64,000 nt of DNA, taken from Thermodesulfobacteriota bacterium (GTDB lineage Bacteria; Desulfobacterota; Desulfobacteria; Desulfobacterales; SURF-7). The first letter of the stretch is position 1. Every line of letters starts with the position of its first letter. Under the pieces are notes generated by a model. That model saw only the letters and a list, made by a program, of their open reading frames with translations. It searched no databases and was not told the origin of the DNA. Location of the stretch: positions 64,001 through 128,000 of the forward strand of contig JBMORA010000017.1 of assembly GCA_049320885.1 (NCBI GenBank), given 5' to 3'. This document shows positions 36,579 to 46,566 of this stretch, in pieces. Made by a program: the position numbers and the translations under genes.

Positions 36579-38590
36579 GGTCTGTCTTTCATTTCAGGTT
36601 GAAAAGGGGTCGGCAGGGAAGGGTTTCCCGGCCGGCTGAGGACAAGCTGCAAATCCCCCAACACCCGTTTTTCGAAACCGGCTTGGCAGATGGACAGGTA
36701 GTAGTTCCATTTGCGCTGAAAGGTGCTGTCGAAACCGAGCCTGGAAACGGACTCCCGGTTCGCCAGGAATCGCCGCCGCCAATCCGCGAGCGTCCGGGCG
36801 TAATGGATGCCGATGTTTTCGGCGTGCTCGATCACAAAGCGGGAATGGCGGGACATGGCCCGGGACAATACCGTCAGGGAGGGCAGCAAGCCTCCGGGGA
36901 AGATGTGCTTCTGAATCCAGTCCCGCTCCCGGCGGTACTGATCATATTGGAAGTCCGGGATGGTGATGGTTTGGAGCACCAGCAGGCCCGCGGGTTTCAG
37001 CAGTTGTTCGCAAACGCCGAAAAAACGACCGAAATTCTCATGGCCCACCGCTTCCAGCATTTCGATGGAAACGATTTTATCGAACCGGCCCTCCATCCGC
37101 CGGTAATCCCGCAGCAGGATGCGGATTTGATCCGAAAGTCCTTCCTCCTGCACCCGGCGGACGGCGTAATCATGCTGGGCCTTTGAAACCGTAATGCCCG
37201 TGACCCGGCAGCCGCTGAGGCGGGCCGCTTCTATGGCGAAGCTCCCCCAGCCGCAACCGATCTCCAGCACATGATCTCCGGCTTGAATGCGGGCCTTTTC
37301 CATGAGGTTTCGCAGTTTGTTGCACTGGGCATCCTCCAGGCTTTCCTCCGGGGACTGGTACCGGGCGCAGGAATACACCATGGTGTCGCCCAGAAACAGG
37401 CGGTAGAAATCGTTGCTCAGGTCGTAGTGGTCGCGGATGTTTTTCCGGCTGCCGGTAAGGGTGTTGCGGCGGGTGACATGGTCGCTTCGCTCCTTCAGCC
37501 GGAAAAACAGGGCGGTGGCGAAATTCCCGTCGGCGAGCGCGTCCCGGTTGTCGATGAGCACCTTGAATACTTTCACCAGATCCGGGCTGTCCCATTCGCC
37601 GGCCGTATAGGCTTCGCCCAGCCCGATATCACCGCCGGTAAGGGCCGTGCGGGAAAAAAACCGGTAGTCCCGGATATCCATGCGGGCCGCTTCGGCGGTC
37701 ATGGGGCCAAGCCGCAACTCCCCGCCGTCGGGCATCCGCAGGATAAGGCTTCCCGAATTGATGCGCCGGAGAATCCCCAGGATGATGCGCATGCAGAGGC
37801 GTTGCAGCGCCGTTGGCGGCAGAACGCGGATGGTCATGGGGCTTCGCGGAACGGGTTTGTCATGAAAGCTCATTTTTTTGTGAAAGTACAGCCGGAAAGC
37901 CTCCCGGTAAATCCGTGGTATGCTCAGATGGGGCCTTGCCGGATATCGGACCAGGGTTTTCAGCAGCTGCAAGGGGGTCAGCGGCTGGAAATCACCGCTG
38001 AGCCTGGCGAAAAAAACCATGCAACCTCGGCGAAACAACTGGATCTGGATATCCAGTTTTTCCCGGATATCCGCGAAACGGAAACGGTATTCACCATCCA
38101 CCGGGTTGAAGGGTGACACATGGAATTCCTTGGGGGTTGAAAACACCAGGCAGCCGTCGGTATCCCGGGCCAGGGGATCCGTGAGGATGTACAGATGGCG
38201 TTCCCCATAGGTGTTGTTGACTTCCGCCAGGACGCAGACCGGATCACCTCCCGGGGCATGACAGAAATAAAAACTAACCGGATTGAAGACATAATTCCAG
38301 TACCGGGCCGCGGTGACGAGCACGATATCCCCGATGGCCGCCGTGACGCCGCGGGATGCCAGGTGACGCAGCAGTTTCGTCCGGATGTCGCCTTCCCCAT
38401 GGTCGAGATAATCACGGTCGTTGATCCTCACCGGCCGGAACCGGTTGTGCCCGAACAGGAAATTGGTTCGGTCCAGGGTTTCCAGTTCCGACAGATGCAG
38501 GGCATAGACATAAATGGGATAGGAAAAGGAGTGTTCCCGGGGCGCCAGACGGCGATGGGTGACCTTGCCGATGCAGATTCTGGATTTCAT
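36575..38590 (-). CDS. DUF1365 fused to cyclopropane-fatty-acyl-phospholipid synthase-like methyltransferase
   Basis: N-terminal VTHRRLAPREHSFSY, YVFNPVSFYFC, AEVNNTYGERH, KEFHVSPF; C-terminal GLGEAY, HYDLSNDFY, VLEIGCGWGS, SIEMLEAVG, IFPGG. One continuous ORF. Confidence 0.93.
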   Translation of the reverse strand: MKSRICIGKVTHRRLAPREHSFSYPIYVYALHLSELETLDRTNFLFGHNRFRPVRINDRDYLDHGEGDIRTKLLRHLASRGVTAAIGDIVLVTAARYWNYVFNPVSFYFCHAPGGDPVCVLAEVNNTYGERHLYILTDPLARDTDGCLVFSTPKEFHVSPFNPVDGEYRFRFADIREKLDIQIQLFRRGCMVFFARLSGDFQPLTPLQLLKTLVRYPARPHLSIPRIYREAFRLYFHKKMSFHDKPVPRSPMTIRVLPPTALQRLCMRIILGILRRINSGSLILRMPDGGELRLGPMTAEAARMDIRDYRFFSRTALTGGDIGLGEAYTAGEWDSPDLVKVFKVLIDNRDALADGNFATALFFRLKERSDHVTRRNTLTGSRKNIRDHYDLSNDFYRLFLGDTMVYSCARYQSPEESLEDAQCNKLRNLMEKARIQAGDHVLEIGCGWGSFAIEAARLSGCRVTGITVSKAQHDYAVRRVQEEGLSDQIRILLRDYRRMEGRFDKIVSIEMLEAVGHENFGRFFGVCEQLLKPAGLLVLQTITIPDFQYDQYRRERDWIQKHIFPGGLLPSLTVLSRAMSRHSRFVIEHAENIGIHYARTLADWRRRFLANRESVSRLGFDSTFQRKWNYYLSICQAGFEKRVLGDLQLVLSRPGNPSLPTPFQPEMKDRP

Positions 38591-39843
38591 AGATCGATCC
38601 CGAACTGCCTGGCCACCGCGACCCCCGAGCGGATGCCGTCCTCGTGGAAGCCGTAGCCGAAATAACTGCCGCAGAAATAGGTGTTCCGCCGGCCGTTCAG
38701 ACCGGGCAGCTCTGTTTGGGTGGCGTAGGATTCAAAGGTGTATACCGGATGGGTATAGGTCATCTCCCGCACAATCCGGGAGGAGGGGATGGCCTGGCGG
38801 GGGTTGAGGGTGACGAAATACTGGCGCCGGCAGGTCAGCCGCTGGAGCCGGTTCATATGATAGGTCACGGTGATGGGTGCGGAATCCGGATCCCCGTCTC
38901 CCCGCAGGTAATTCCAGGAGGCCCAGGCCCGTCTCTGGGGCGGCATCAGGGAGTCGTCCGTGTGAAGCAGGGTGTGATTTCGCGAGTAGCGCCAGGGAGA
39001 CAGCAGCCGGGTTTCCACAGGATCCGGGTCCGCCAGCATGCCGTAGGCTTCATCCGCGTGGGCGGCGATCACCACCCGGTCGAAGGCGGCCTCTTCCCCA
39101 TCCGTGAATCGGATGATGACGCCGGTCTCATTGCGCTGGATGCGCTTCACGCCCTTGCCGGTGGCGACACGGCCTTGAAAGGATTGCAGAAACGCCTTGA
39201 CATAGGCGTGACTGCCGCCCTTGATGAAAAACCAGGGGGGATGGCCGCTGACGGCCAGCAGGCCGTGGTTGTCGTAGAACCGGGCGAAATTGCGCATGGG
39301 GAACCGGAGCATCATGTCGTCCGGAGCGGACCAGATGGCCGCCGCCATGGGGATGACAAAACGGCGGACCACATCCCGGTCGCAACCCTCCTGTTGCAGG
39401 AATTCCCCCAGGGTGACATCGCCGATGGCGCCGGCATGATGGGCCCGGCGTGTGCGGCGGATAAAACGGGTGATGCCGAAAACGAATTTCCAGTAATCCG
39501 GACGCAGCAGATTGAGGCGCTGGGCGAACAGGCTGTTCAGGTCGGTGCTGGCGTAGGCCAGTCCCGATGACGGTGAATAGTAGCCGAAGGACATATCCGT
39601 CTGGCGACACTCCACGTTTAGCTGGGCCAGGAAGCGCAGCAGCAGCGGATATGTTCGCTGGTTCAGGACGATAAAACCCGTATCCACCGGAGTGCCCTGG
39701 TCGGGTCCATCCGGAATGACCACCGTGTGGGTGTGGCCGCCGACATAGTCGTTTTTTTCAAAAAGGCTGACCTCGTGTTGTTGTTGCAGCAGGTGGGCGG
39801 CCGAGATGCCGGAGATGCCGCTTCCCACGACAGCGATGCGCAT
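38587..39843 (-). CDS. FAD-dependent oxidoreductase (COG2907/UfaD-like)
   Basis: IAVVGSGISG, GGHTHT, VDTGFIV, AAIWS, AWASWNY, GYGFHEDG. Confidence 0.92.
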   Translation of the reverse strand: MRIAVVGSGISGISAAHLLQQQHEVSLFEKNDYVGGHTHTVVIPDGPDQGTPVDTGFIVLNQRTYPLLLRFLAQLNVECRQTDMSFGYYSPSSGLAYASTDLNSLFAQRLNLLRPDYWKFVFGITRFIRRTRRAHHAGAIGDVTLGEFLQQEGCDRDVVRRFVIPMAAAIWSAPDDMMLRFPMRNFARFYDNHGLLAVSGHPPWFFIKGGSHAYVKAFLQSFQGRVATGKGVKRIQRNETGVIIRFTDGEEAAFDRVVIAAHADEAYGMLADPDPVETRLLSPWRYSRNHTLLHTDDSLMPPQRRAWASWNYLRGDGDPDSAPITVTYHMNRLQRLTCRRQYFVTLNPRQAIPSSRIVREMTYTHPVYTFESYATQTELPGLNGRRNTYFCGSYFGYGFHEDGIRSGVAVARQFGIDL

Positions 39844-40008
39844 GTTTCAGTCCCTTCATGAGACGATTGGGTTGCAGAGATCGCCGGTTTGGCGTATGGT
39901 ATGGGCATTTCATATCCAAAAACCGTCGGCCTGTCAAAACAAACCGGCCCCGGGATGCGAAAAAAAAGGTGCGCGCAGACTCCTACCCACCGGCGCTGAG
40001 GAACCGCC

Positions 40009-40788
40009 ATGACAATTCCGACGATTTTTCTTTCCCATGGTCCGCCGTCCATCCTGTTGAGGGATGATCCGAGCGTCCGGTTTTGGCGGTCCCTGGGAGC
40101 TTCCATGCCGCGTCCCAGGGCGGTTGTCTGTATTTCCGCTCACTGGGAAACGGTCAGGCCGATGCTGACATCCAATGCCCGGCCCGGCATCCTTTACGAT
40201 TTTTCAGGACCGCCTCCGCTGTTTTCGCGGGCGTATCCGGCTACCGGTGATCCGAAATTGGCGGAAAGCATTCGGGAAGCCCTGGCAGCGGCAGGATTTG
40301 ATACCGCTCTTGATGCATCACGGGGCTTGGACCACGGTGTCTGGGTGCCCGTTTCCCAGATGTTTCCGCAAGCCGATATTCCGGTGATACAACTTGCCTT
40401 GCAGACCGAGCTCAGTCCGCGGCATCATTATGCGTTGGGTCGGTCCCTGGGCCCGCTCCGCGACGAAGGGGTTTTGATTCTGGGCAGCGGCGGCGCTGTC
40501 CACAACCTGGACGAGATCCATGCCTTCGCCGTTCACGACACCCCGCCGGATTATGCCCTGGCTTTTGAAGCATGGCTGGAAACCGCAATCTCGGACGATG
40601 ACGTCGACGCCCTCCTGGACTACCGGAAACAGGCGCCCTCACCCGACCGCTGTCATCCCTATCCGGCCGAACATTTGCTGCCGCTGTTTGTCTGTCTGGG
40701 GGCTGGAAATCGGTTGGGCCCGGGGCGACGCCTGCACCAGGGTTTCCTGTATGGGGTGCTTTCCATGGCGGCATACAGCTGGCCATGA
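40009..40788 (+). CDS. Class III extradiol dioxygenase (4,5-DOPA dioxygenase/YgiD-like)
   Basis: SHGPP, ISAHWE, RGLDHGVWVP, GSGGAVHNL, HPYPAEHLLPL. Confidence 0.92.
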   Translation: MTIPTIFLSHGPPSILLRDDPSVRFWRSLGASMPRPRAVVCISAHWETVRPMLTSNARPGILYDFSGPPPLFSRAYPATGDPKLAESIREALAAAGFDTALDASRGLDHGVWVPVSQMFPQADIPVIQLALQTELSPRHHYALGRSLGPLRDEGVLILGSGGAVHNLDEIHAFAVHDTPPDYALAFEAWLETAISDDDVDALLDYRKQAPSPDRCHPYPAEHLLPLFVCLGAGNRLGPGRRLHQGFLYGVLSMAAYSWP

Positions 40789-40929
40789 AGTCCAACGGGG
40801 CCTCGATCCTATAAGTTAGTAGTATTTTCCTACCAAAAATACCCTGAAATGCCATTATTGAAAGGGGGCGGATCGTCCCCATAATGATTACAGGATGATT
40901 GCCGACGATTCAATGAAAGGAACGGGCCC

Positions 40930-42333
40930 ATGATCACGCTCACCGAACACATCGCCGTCGCCAGACCCCGGGAAGAGGTCTTCCGTTATGTCAGCGATTT
41001 CCGGAGCATCGCCGAATGGGATCCGGGCGTGGTGGCGGCCTGGAAGATCACACCGGGGAAAGTGGGTGTGGGCACCGAATATGGTTTAAACCTTCGCTAC
41101 GGTCTGTTCCCCGTGAGCATGACCTACAAGATCGTGGAATATGAAGTTCCCCGGAAGGTGGTGCTGGAAGGCCGCGGGGAATCCTTCAGCGCGCGGGACA
41201 CGATTGTATTTTCCCAGCGGGGTGCCGGAGAAACCGGCATTGATTACAGCGCAACCCTGCGCTTTGGCGGGTTGGGAGCAAAAATCGCCCCGCTGTTTTC
41301 CAGGCTGCTGCAACGCATCGGCAGGAATGCCGTGGCCGGCCTGAAGAACGCTCTGGATCAGTATCCGCCGGCTCCGGCCATCACCCTCGGGGATGCCTGG
41401 TTGGACCGCTCCATCGTGGGTGGCTTGCCCGGTTTCACCCGCTGGGGGTTTCAGCGCAGCCGCAGACACTGGAAGCCCGTTCCGGCTTCGCTGGCGGGCA
41501 AAACCGTGCTGGTGACCGGCGCCACTTCCGGTATCGGTCTGGCTGCCGCCACCGGGCTGGCGGACAGGGGAGCCCGGGTGCTGCTGGTGGCCCGCCGGGC
41601 GGAAAAAGCCGCGGCCGCCGCTGATCAGATCATGGGATTGACCGGAAACGACAACCTGGAAATCTATCCGGCCGACATGGCCGTTCCGGGACAGGTAAGG
41701 GCCCTGGCGGCAGCCGTGCGGCGCCGGGAGCACCGCCTGGATGTGTTGGTGAACAACGCCGGCGCGCTGTTCCACAAGCGGGAAAACACCGCGGACGGGT
41801 TGGAAAAAACACTGGCCACCGATCTGTTGGGACCGTTCATCCTGACCGAGGAACTCGCCCCCCTGCTGGCGGAAAGCGCCCCGGCGCGGGTGATCAATGT
41901 GTCCTCGGGCGGCATGTACACCCAGAAAATCCGGGTGGATGATCTGGCGTTTCGCCGGGAGCCCTATGACGGCGCCAAGGCTTATGCCCGGGCCAAGCGG
42001 GGCCTGGTGATCTTGTCGGAAATCTGGGCCGGCAGCTATGCCGATCAGGGGATTGTGGTTCACGCCATGCATCCCGGATGGGTGAAAACTCCCGGGATCA
42101 AACGGGCCCTGCCGGAATTTTACCGGATCATGGACCGCCTGCTGCGCACCCCGGAACAGGGTGCCGACACCATCATTTGGTTGGCGGTTGCTCCGGAGGC
42201 CGCAAAAACCACGGGACGGTTCTGGCTGGATCGCCGGCCGCATTTGACCCATGTCTTCCCGCATACCCGGGAAACGGAAAGTGAGCGCCAGTTCCTGTAC
42301 CGGGAGCTGGCAAGGCTCGCCAGGGAGGTGTAA
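40930..42333 (+). CDS. SRPBCC domain fused to a short-chain dehydrogenase/reductase
   Basis: N-terminal VARPREEVFRYVSDF...EWDPGV; C-terminal TGATSGIG, NNAG, VSSGGMY, YARAK, MHPGWV. Confidence 0.9.
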   Translation: MITLTEHIAVARPREEVFRYVSDFRSIAEWDPGVVAAWKITPGKVGVGTEYGLNLRYGLFPVSMTYKIVEYEVPRKVVLEGRGESFSARDTIVFSQRGAGETGIDYSATLRFGGLGAKIAPLFSRLLQRIGRNAVAGLKNALDQYPPAPAITLGDAWLDRSIVGGLPGFTRWGFQRSRRHWKPVPASLAGKTVLVTGATSGIGLAAATGLADRGARVLLVARRAEKAAAAADQIMGLTGNDNLEIYPADMAVPGQVRALAAAVRRREHRLDVLVNNAGALFHKRENTADGLEKTLATDLLGPFILTEELAPLLAESAPARVINVSSGGMYTQKIRVDDLAFRREPYDGAKAYARAKRGLVILSEIWAGSYADQGIVVHAMHPGWVKTPGIKRALPEFYRIMDRLLRTPEQGADTIIWLAVAPEAAKTTGRFWLDRRPHLTHVFPHTRETESERQFLYRELARLAREV

Positions 42334-42334
42334 C

Positions 42335-42916
42335 ATGAAGAACTGGAAACCGCTGTTGTTGATCGCCGGGGTGCTGATGATGGGCCTATGCACACCGCAC
42401 CCTTCGGCCGCGCGGGAGCCGGAAGTGGCCGGAACCCGTTTTCAGGCGATCTATGAACACAAGGATGCGCGTCTGGAACTGAAAGGTGCTTCCCTGCTGC
42501 GTTATCTGACCTTTATCAAGGCCTATACCGGAGCGTTTTACCTGCCGCCGACCACGGATGGCGTAAGGGCCCTGGAAGACGTACCCAAACGCCTGGAGCT
42601 GGAATATCGCCTGGCCATAGCGGCCGAGGATTTTGCCCGGGCCACCACGGTCAGCATCCGCAAAAACGTTGACGCGCAACGCTTTCGGCAGCTTGATCCG
42701 AGAATTCGGCAGTTGAACGCCATGTACCGGAGTGTCGTGGCCGGCGACCGCTATGCCCTGACCTATGTTCCCGGACACGGGACCGAGCTTTCCCTCAACG
42801 GCGTTCCCCTGGGGGTTGTCCCCGGCGCGGATTTCGCGGCGGCGGTGTTCTCGATATGGATCGGCCCGGAGCCCATCGACACGGTCTTCCGGAATGAACT
42901 CCTGGGGCTGAAATGA
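42335..42916 (+). CDS. Chalcone-isomerase-like periplasmic protein
   Basis: Signal peptide; LKGASLLRY..FIKAYTGAFYL, GDRYALTY.PG.GT, FAAAVFSIWIG; GGAGG RBS before ATG 42335. Confidence 0.85.
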   Translation: MKNWKPLLLIAGVLMMGLCTPHPSAAREPEVAGTRFQAIYEHKDARLELKGASLLRYLTFIKAYTGAFYLPPTTDGVRALEDVPKRLELEYRLAIAAEDFARATTVSIRKNVDAQRFRQLDPRIRQLNAMYRSVVAGDRYALTYVPGHGTELSLNGVPLGVVPGADFAAAVFSIWIGPEPIDTVFRNELLGLK

Positions 42917-44298
42917 AAACCGGGGGCAACACGCAGAGTGGATCCTCCAGGCTCGGCTTTTCCATAAAACTGGCCTACGCCCTGCCGGCCCTGGCCCTGG
43001 CCGTGGTGGGGATACCGGTGTATGTCTATATCCCCAAGTTCTATACGGACACCGTGGGAGTGGACATGGCCCTGACCGGGCTGCTGCTGATGGCTGTCCG
43101 CATTTTCGACGCCGTCACCGATCCCCTGATCGGTCATGTCTCCGACAGGACCAGCAGCCGTTTCGGCCGCCGGCGGCCCTATATGATACTGGGGGCCCTC
43201 GGACTCACCCTGGCCATGTTGTTTCTGTTCAATCCGCCTCTTTCCTTGCCGGTTCCCCCTGCGATCTGGTTCGGTTTCTGGATGTTCGCCCTGTTTTTGT
43301 TCTGGACGCTTGCAACGGTGCCCTATGAAGCACTGGGGCCCGAGATCACCTTTGATTATCATGAGCGCACGGAATTGTTCAGCTGGCGGGACGGTTTTCT
43401 CATCGCCGGTACCCTTTTGGCCGCTGCCTCACCGGCCCTGGCCGCCTGGATGATGGGCGCCGCGGGTCAGGCGGTGACCGAGCGCGGCAAGTTTTTCGCC
43501 ATTTCCATTGTGTATGTCCCGTTGATCCTGGCCGCCGTCTGGATCTGCATCCACCTCATCCGGGAACGGCCGAATGCCTCCGGAATTCAAACCCCCTTTT
43601 TGGAGGGGCTGGGCGCCGTGACGCGCAACCGCCCGTTCATGATCCTGCTTGGGGCCTACACCATCAGCTCTTTGGGCAGCAACCTGCCGGCGACCCTGAT
43701 TCTGTATTATGTGCAATACGTTCTCCAGGCCGACAATGCCGAGGCCTTTCTGATGCTCTATTTCGTTACCGGTATCTTTTTTCTGCCCTTCTGGATCGGG
43801 TTGTCCAGACACCTGGGCAAGAAGAACGCCTGGCTGCTGTCCATGGCCGTCAACACCGGCGCCTTTACCGGTGTCTTTTTCCTGGGGCCGGGAGATGCCT
43901 GGCTATACGGCATTCTGGTCTTTGTTTCCGGCATCGGTTTCGGCGCCAGCCTGGCCCTGCCGTCCGCCATCCAGGCCGATGTCATCGACTACGATGAAAT
44001 GCTCAGCGGTGAAAGGCGCGAAGGACGTTATATCGGCTTGTGGTCCATTGCCAAGAAACTGGCCGCCGCCATGGGGGTGGGCCTGGGATTGTCCCTGCTG
44101 GGGTATGCCGGGTATGTGCCCAATGCGGACCAGGGGCCGGAAGTGATCGCCATGCTGCGGCTGCTGTATGCCCTGGTGCCTTGCATATGCAATCTGTTGG
44201 CCATGGCGGTTGTCTGGTACTACCCCATCACCGAAGCACGGCACCGGGAGATTATGCGGTCCATTCTGCTGAATCGGGAATTGAAAAGTCATTCGTGA
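42913..44298 (+). CDS. MFS transporter, GPH/MFS_2 family
   Basis: FDAVTDPLIGHVSDRTSSRFGRRRPY, ADVIDYDE...RREGRY; about 12 TM segments. Confidence 0.93.
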   Translation: MKTGGNTQSGSSRLGFSIKLAYALPALALAVVGIPVYVYIPKFYTDTVGVDMALTGLLLMAVRIFDAVTDPLIGHVSDRTSSRFGRRRPYMILGALGLTLAMLFLFNPPLSLPVPPAIWFGFWMFALFLFWTLATVPYEALGPEITFDYHERTELFSWRDGFLIAGTLLAAASPALAAWMMGAAGQAVTERGKFFAISIVYVPLILAAVWICIHLIRERPNASGIQTPFLEGLGAVTRNRPFMILLGAYTISSLGSNLPATLILYYVQYVLQADNAEAFLMLYFVTGIFFLPFWIGLSRHLGKKNAWLLSMAVNTGAFTGVFFLGPGDAWLYGILVFVSGIGFGASLALPSAIQADVIDYDEMLSGERREGRYIGLWSIAKKLAAAMGVGLGLSLLGYAGYVPNADQGPEVIAMLRLLYALVPCICNLLAMAVVWYYPITEARHREIMRSILLNRELKSHS

Positions 44299-44417
44299 AT
44301 AGTTGATGGTTGGCGGTGTGTCCGTAAGGCCGATATTCCGGTCATCATGAAGGACGAAATCCAGTACTTCAAGGAAATATACATGGATGCGGAGATCCGG
44401 GTGAACCGCTGCCTTAT

Positions 44418-46565
44418 TCACGATTCCTCCCCGCCTTCATCCCTGGCGATCCGCGTCAACCCCTCCTCACCGACGATCAAGGCGGTGCGGCCGTCACCCA
44501 TCATGGCGGCCCCCTCGAAAATCTGCTGGACCCGGAGGCCCTCGATGGGTTTGACGACGATTTTCTGGACACCGATGACTTCTGTTACGGCAAAGGCGTA
44601 TTTTTTTTTCATGATGGACAGCAGCACCAGCAGCGGCTCTGATTCGGAAGGTGTCCGGTCCGGCTCGTGGCAGGCGCCCGGCGACAACGTCCGGCCCAGG
44701 TCGATGACGGGAAACAGCATCCCCCTCCGGTTGACGACGCGGCGCTTACCGGCCAGCGTCGTCAGATCGGAAGGTTTGGCGGCGAAGACTTCCACCACGA
44801 GACGGAGGGGCAGTACAAAGATGTCGCCGGAGGTGGTCCGGACCAGATAGCCGTCCATGATTTTCGTGCTGACGCTCTTGGGCAGGGTGATGATGAATTC
44901 GCAGCCGGAAGCGGATGAGTTGTGAACGTCGATCCGGCCCCCGGCCTGTTCGATGGCTTGTTTCACTACGTCCAGCCCCACGCCGCGTCCGGATACATCC
45001 GTGACGGCCGCCGCCGTGGAAACACCGCTTTTGAAGATCAGGGAGATGATATCGTCGGTGGAGAGTGAATCGCCGCCAAACCCAATGGCGGCGGCCTTGC
45101 GGGAAAGCGCTTCCATATCGAGGCCGCGGCCGTCGTCCGCGACCGAGAATACGATGTGGCTGCCTTCTTCCCGCAGTTCGATGTGGATGGTTCCATCCGC
45201 GGGCTTGCCCTGGCGAAGGCGTTCCGCGGGAGGTTCGATCCCGTGGTCGGCGGCGTTGCGGACCATGTGCACCAGCGGCGCGTCCAGGAGTTCGATGTAG
45301 CTTTTATCGATGCGCAGTTTTTCACCGGTGCAGCGCACGGCGATGCGCTTGCCGACGGCGGTGGCGATATCGCGGACGATGCGGGGCGCTTTGCCTAGCA
45401 AAGCCTGGGCTTCGACCTTGCGGACATCCATGATTCCGCTGCGCAGTTTCGTGGAAAACTGGCCGAACTGGTCGATGACCTGCTTCAGATCCGAGGAAAA
45501 CCGATTGGTATAGCCGTTGCGCGCCAACTGCTGGTAAAGATGGCGGAACATCTCCTCGACACCCATCAGTTCACCCACGTTTTCCAGGAAGGCGTCCAGG
45601 CTGTCTTCCGGTATGCGCATGGATTTGGCCACACCGGCCGTCGGTTTTTTCGGACCCGCGGCCGCGGCTATTCCGGTTGACTGTTGTTTCGCGGCCGTTT
45701 GGGCGCCTCCGGCCCCCGGAACAGTCCCGGCTTCCGCTGCGACCGGCTGGTCTTTCAAGGTCCTGGCCATTTCCAGCAGGGACTCCCGGGCCAGGTTGTC
45801 CAGTCCGACGGGAGAATGGGCGAAAGTCTCGAAGATGTCCAGCATTTCTTCCCGGATTTTTCGTTGGTCCGGCTGGCTTCCGGAATCGATTGCGGACAGC
45901 AGGCCGCCGATGGTTTCGATGGTTTCCGTGGAGGCCTCCCCGTCGAAAGGCTGCTCCAGCAGGCGGATGAGGGATTGAAGCGGGGTCGCGGCCTCTTTGC
46001 TGGCGATGCTTGTGACCGGTTGCTCGCTTTTCCCGGGCAGGATGGAACGGAGCAGCTCCAGCGGTTCATCGAACAGGGCGCGGCTGTCTTCCGGAAGCTG
46101 ATGCCGCAATTCGGATAATCTGCCGGCGATGGTTTGCAGCATGCCGCGCATATGCTCCAGCGGATCGCGACCGGTATCCAGCAGGCGGACGACCGCCTCG
46201 CAGACCCGGTTCACTTCCGCCGGATCATCGCATTCCGGACCGCCTTCCCGGACGCTGGTCAGCATGCGGCGCAACAAATCCACGCCGGGCAGCAGCACAT
46301 CGATCACCATGGTGGTAACCGGCATCTGTTTCCGACGGACGGCGTCCAGCAGGTCTTCCAGTTTATGGGCCAGGGTCTTGACTTGCATCAGACCGAAAAA
46401 GGCCGCGCTGCCCTTGAGGGAATGCACCGGCCGGAAGACGCCGTCCACCGTTTCCAGGTCGTCCGGCTCCTTTTCCAGGCGGATCATCAGGTTTTCTGCC
46501 ATTCCCAGGCCTTCCAGGGATTCCTCCAGAAAACCCGCCAGTATTTCCTTGTCCATATCCGTCAT
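44418..46565 (-). CDS. cheA: Chemotaxis histidine kinase CheA
   Basis: FRPVHSLKGSA (Hpt), PLVHMVRNAADHGIE, DDGRGLD, VSGRGVGLDVV, C-terminal CheW-like domain. Start 46565 or 46589. Confidence 0.93.
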   Translation of the reverse strand: MTDMDKEILAGFLEESLEGLGMAENLMIRLEKEPDDLETVDGVFRPVHSLKGSAAFFGLMQVKTLAHKLEDLLDAVRRKQMPVTTMVIDVLLPGVDLLRRMLTSVREGGPECDDPAEVNRVCEAVVRLLDTGRDPLEHMRGMLQTIAGRLSELRHQLPEDSRALFDEPLELLRSILPGKSEQPVTSIASKEAATPLQSLIRLLEQPFDGEASTETIETIGGLLSAIDSGSQPDQRKIREEMLDIFETFAHSPVGLDNLARESLLEMARTLKDQPVAAEAGTVPGAGGAQTAAKQQSTGIAAAAGPKKPTAGVAKSMRIPEDSLDAFLENVGELMGVEEMFRHLYQQLARNGYTNRFSSDLKQVIDQFGQFSTKLRSGIMDVRKVEAQALLGKAPRIVRDIATAVGKRIAVRCTGEKLRIDKSYIELLDAPLVHMVRNAADHGIEPPAERLRQGKPADGTIHIELREEGSHIVFSVADDGRGLDMEALSRKAAAIGFGGDSLSTDDIISLIFKSGVSTAAAVTDVSGRGVGLDVVKQAIEQAGGRIDVHNSSASGCEFIITLPKSVSTKIMDGYLVRTTSGDIFVLPLRLVVEVFAAKPSDLTTLAGKRRVVNRRGMLFPVIDLGRTLSPGACHEPDRTPSESEPLLVLLSIMKKKYAFAVTEVIGVQKIVVKPIEGLRVQQIFEGAAMMGDGRTALIVGEEGLTRIARDEGGEES

Positions 46566-46566
46566 G

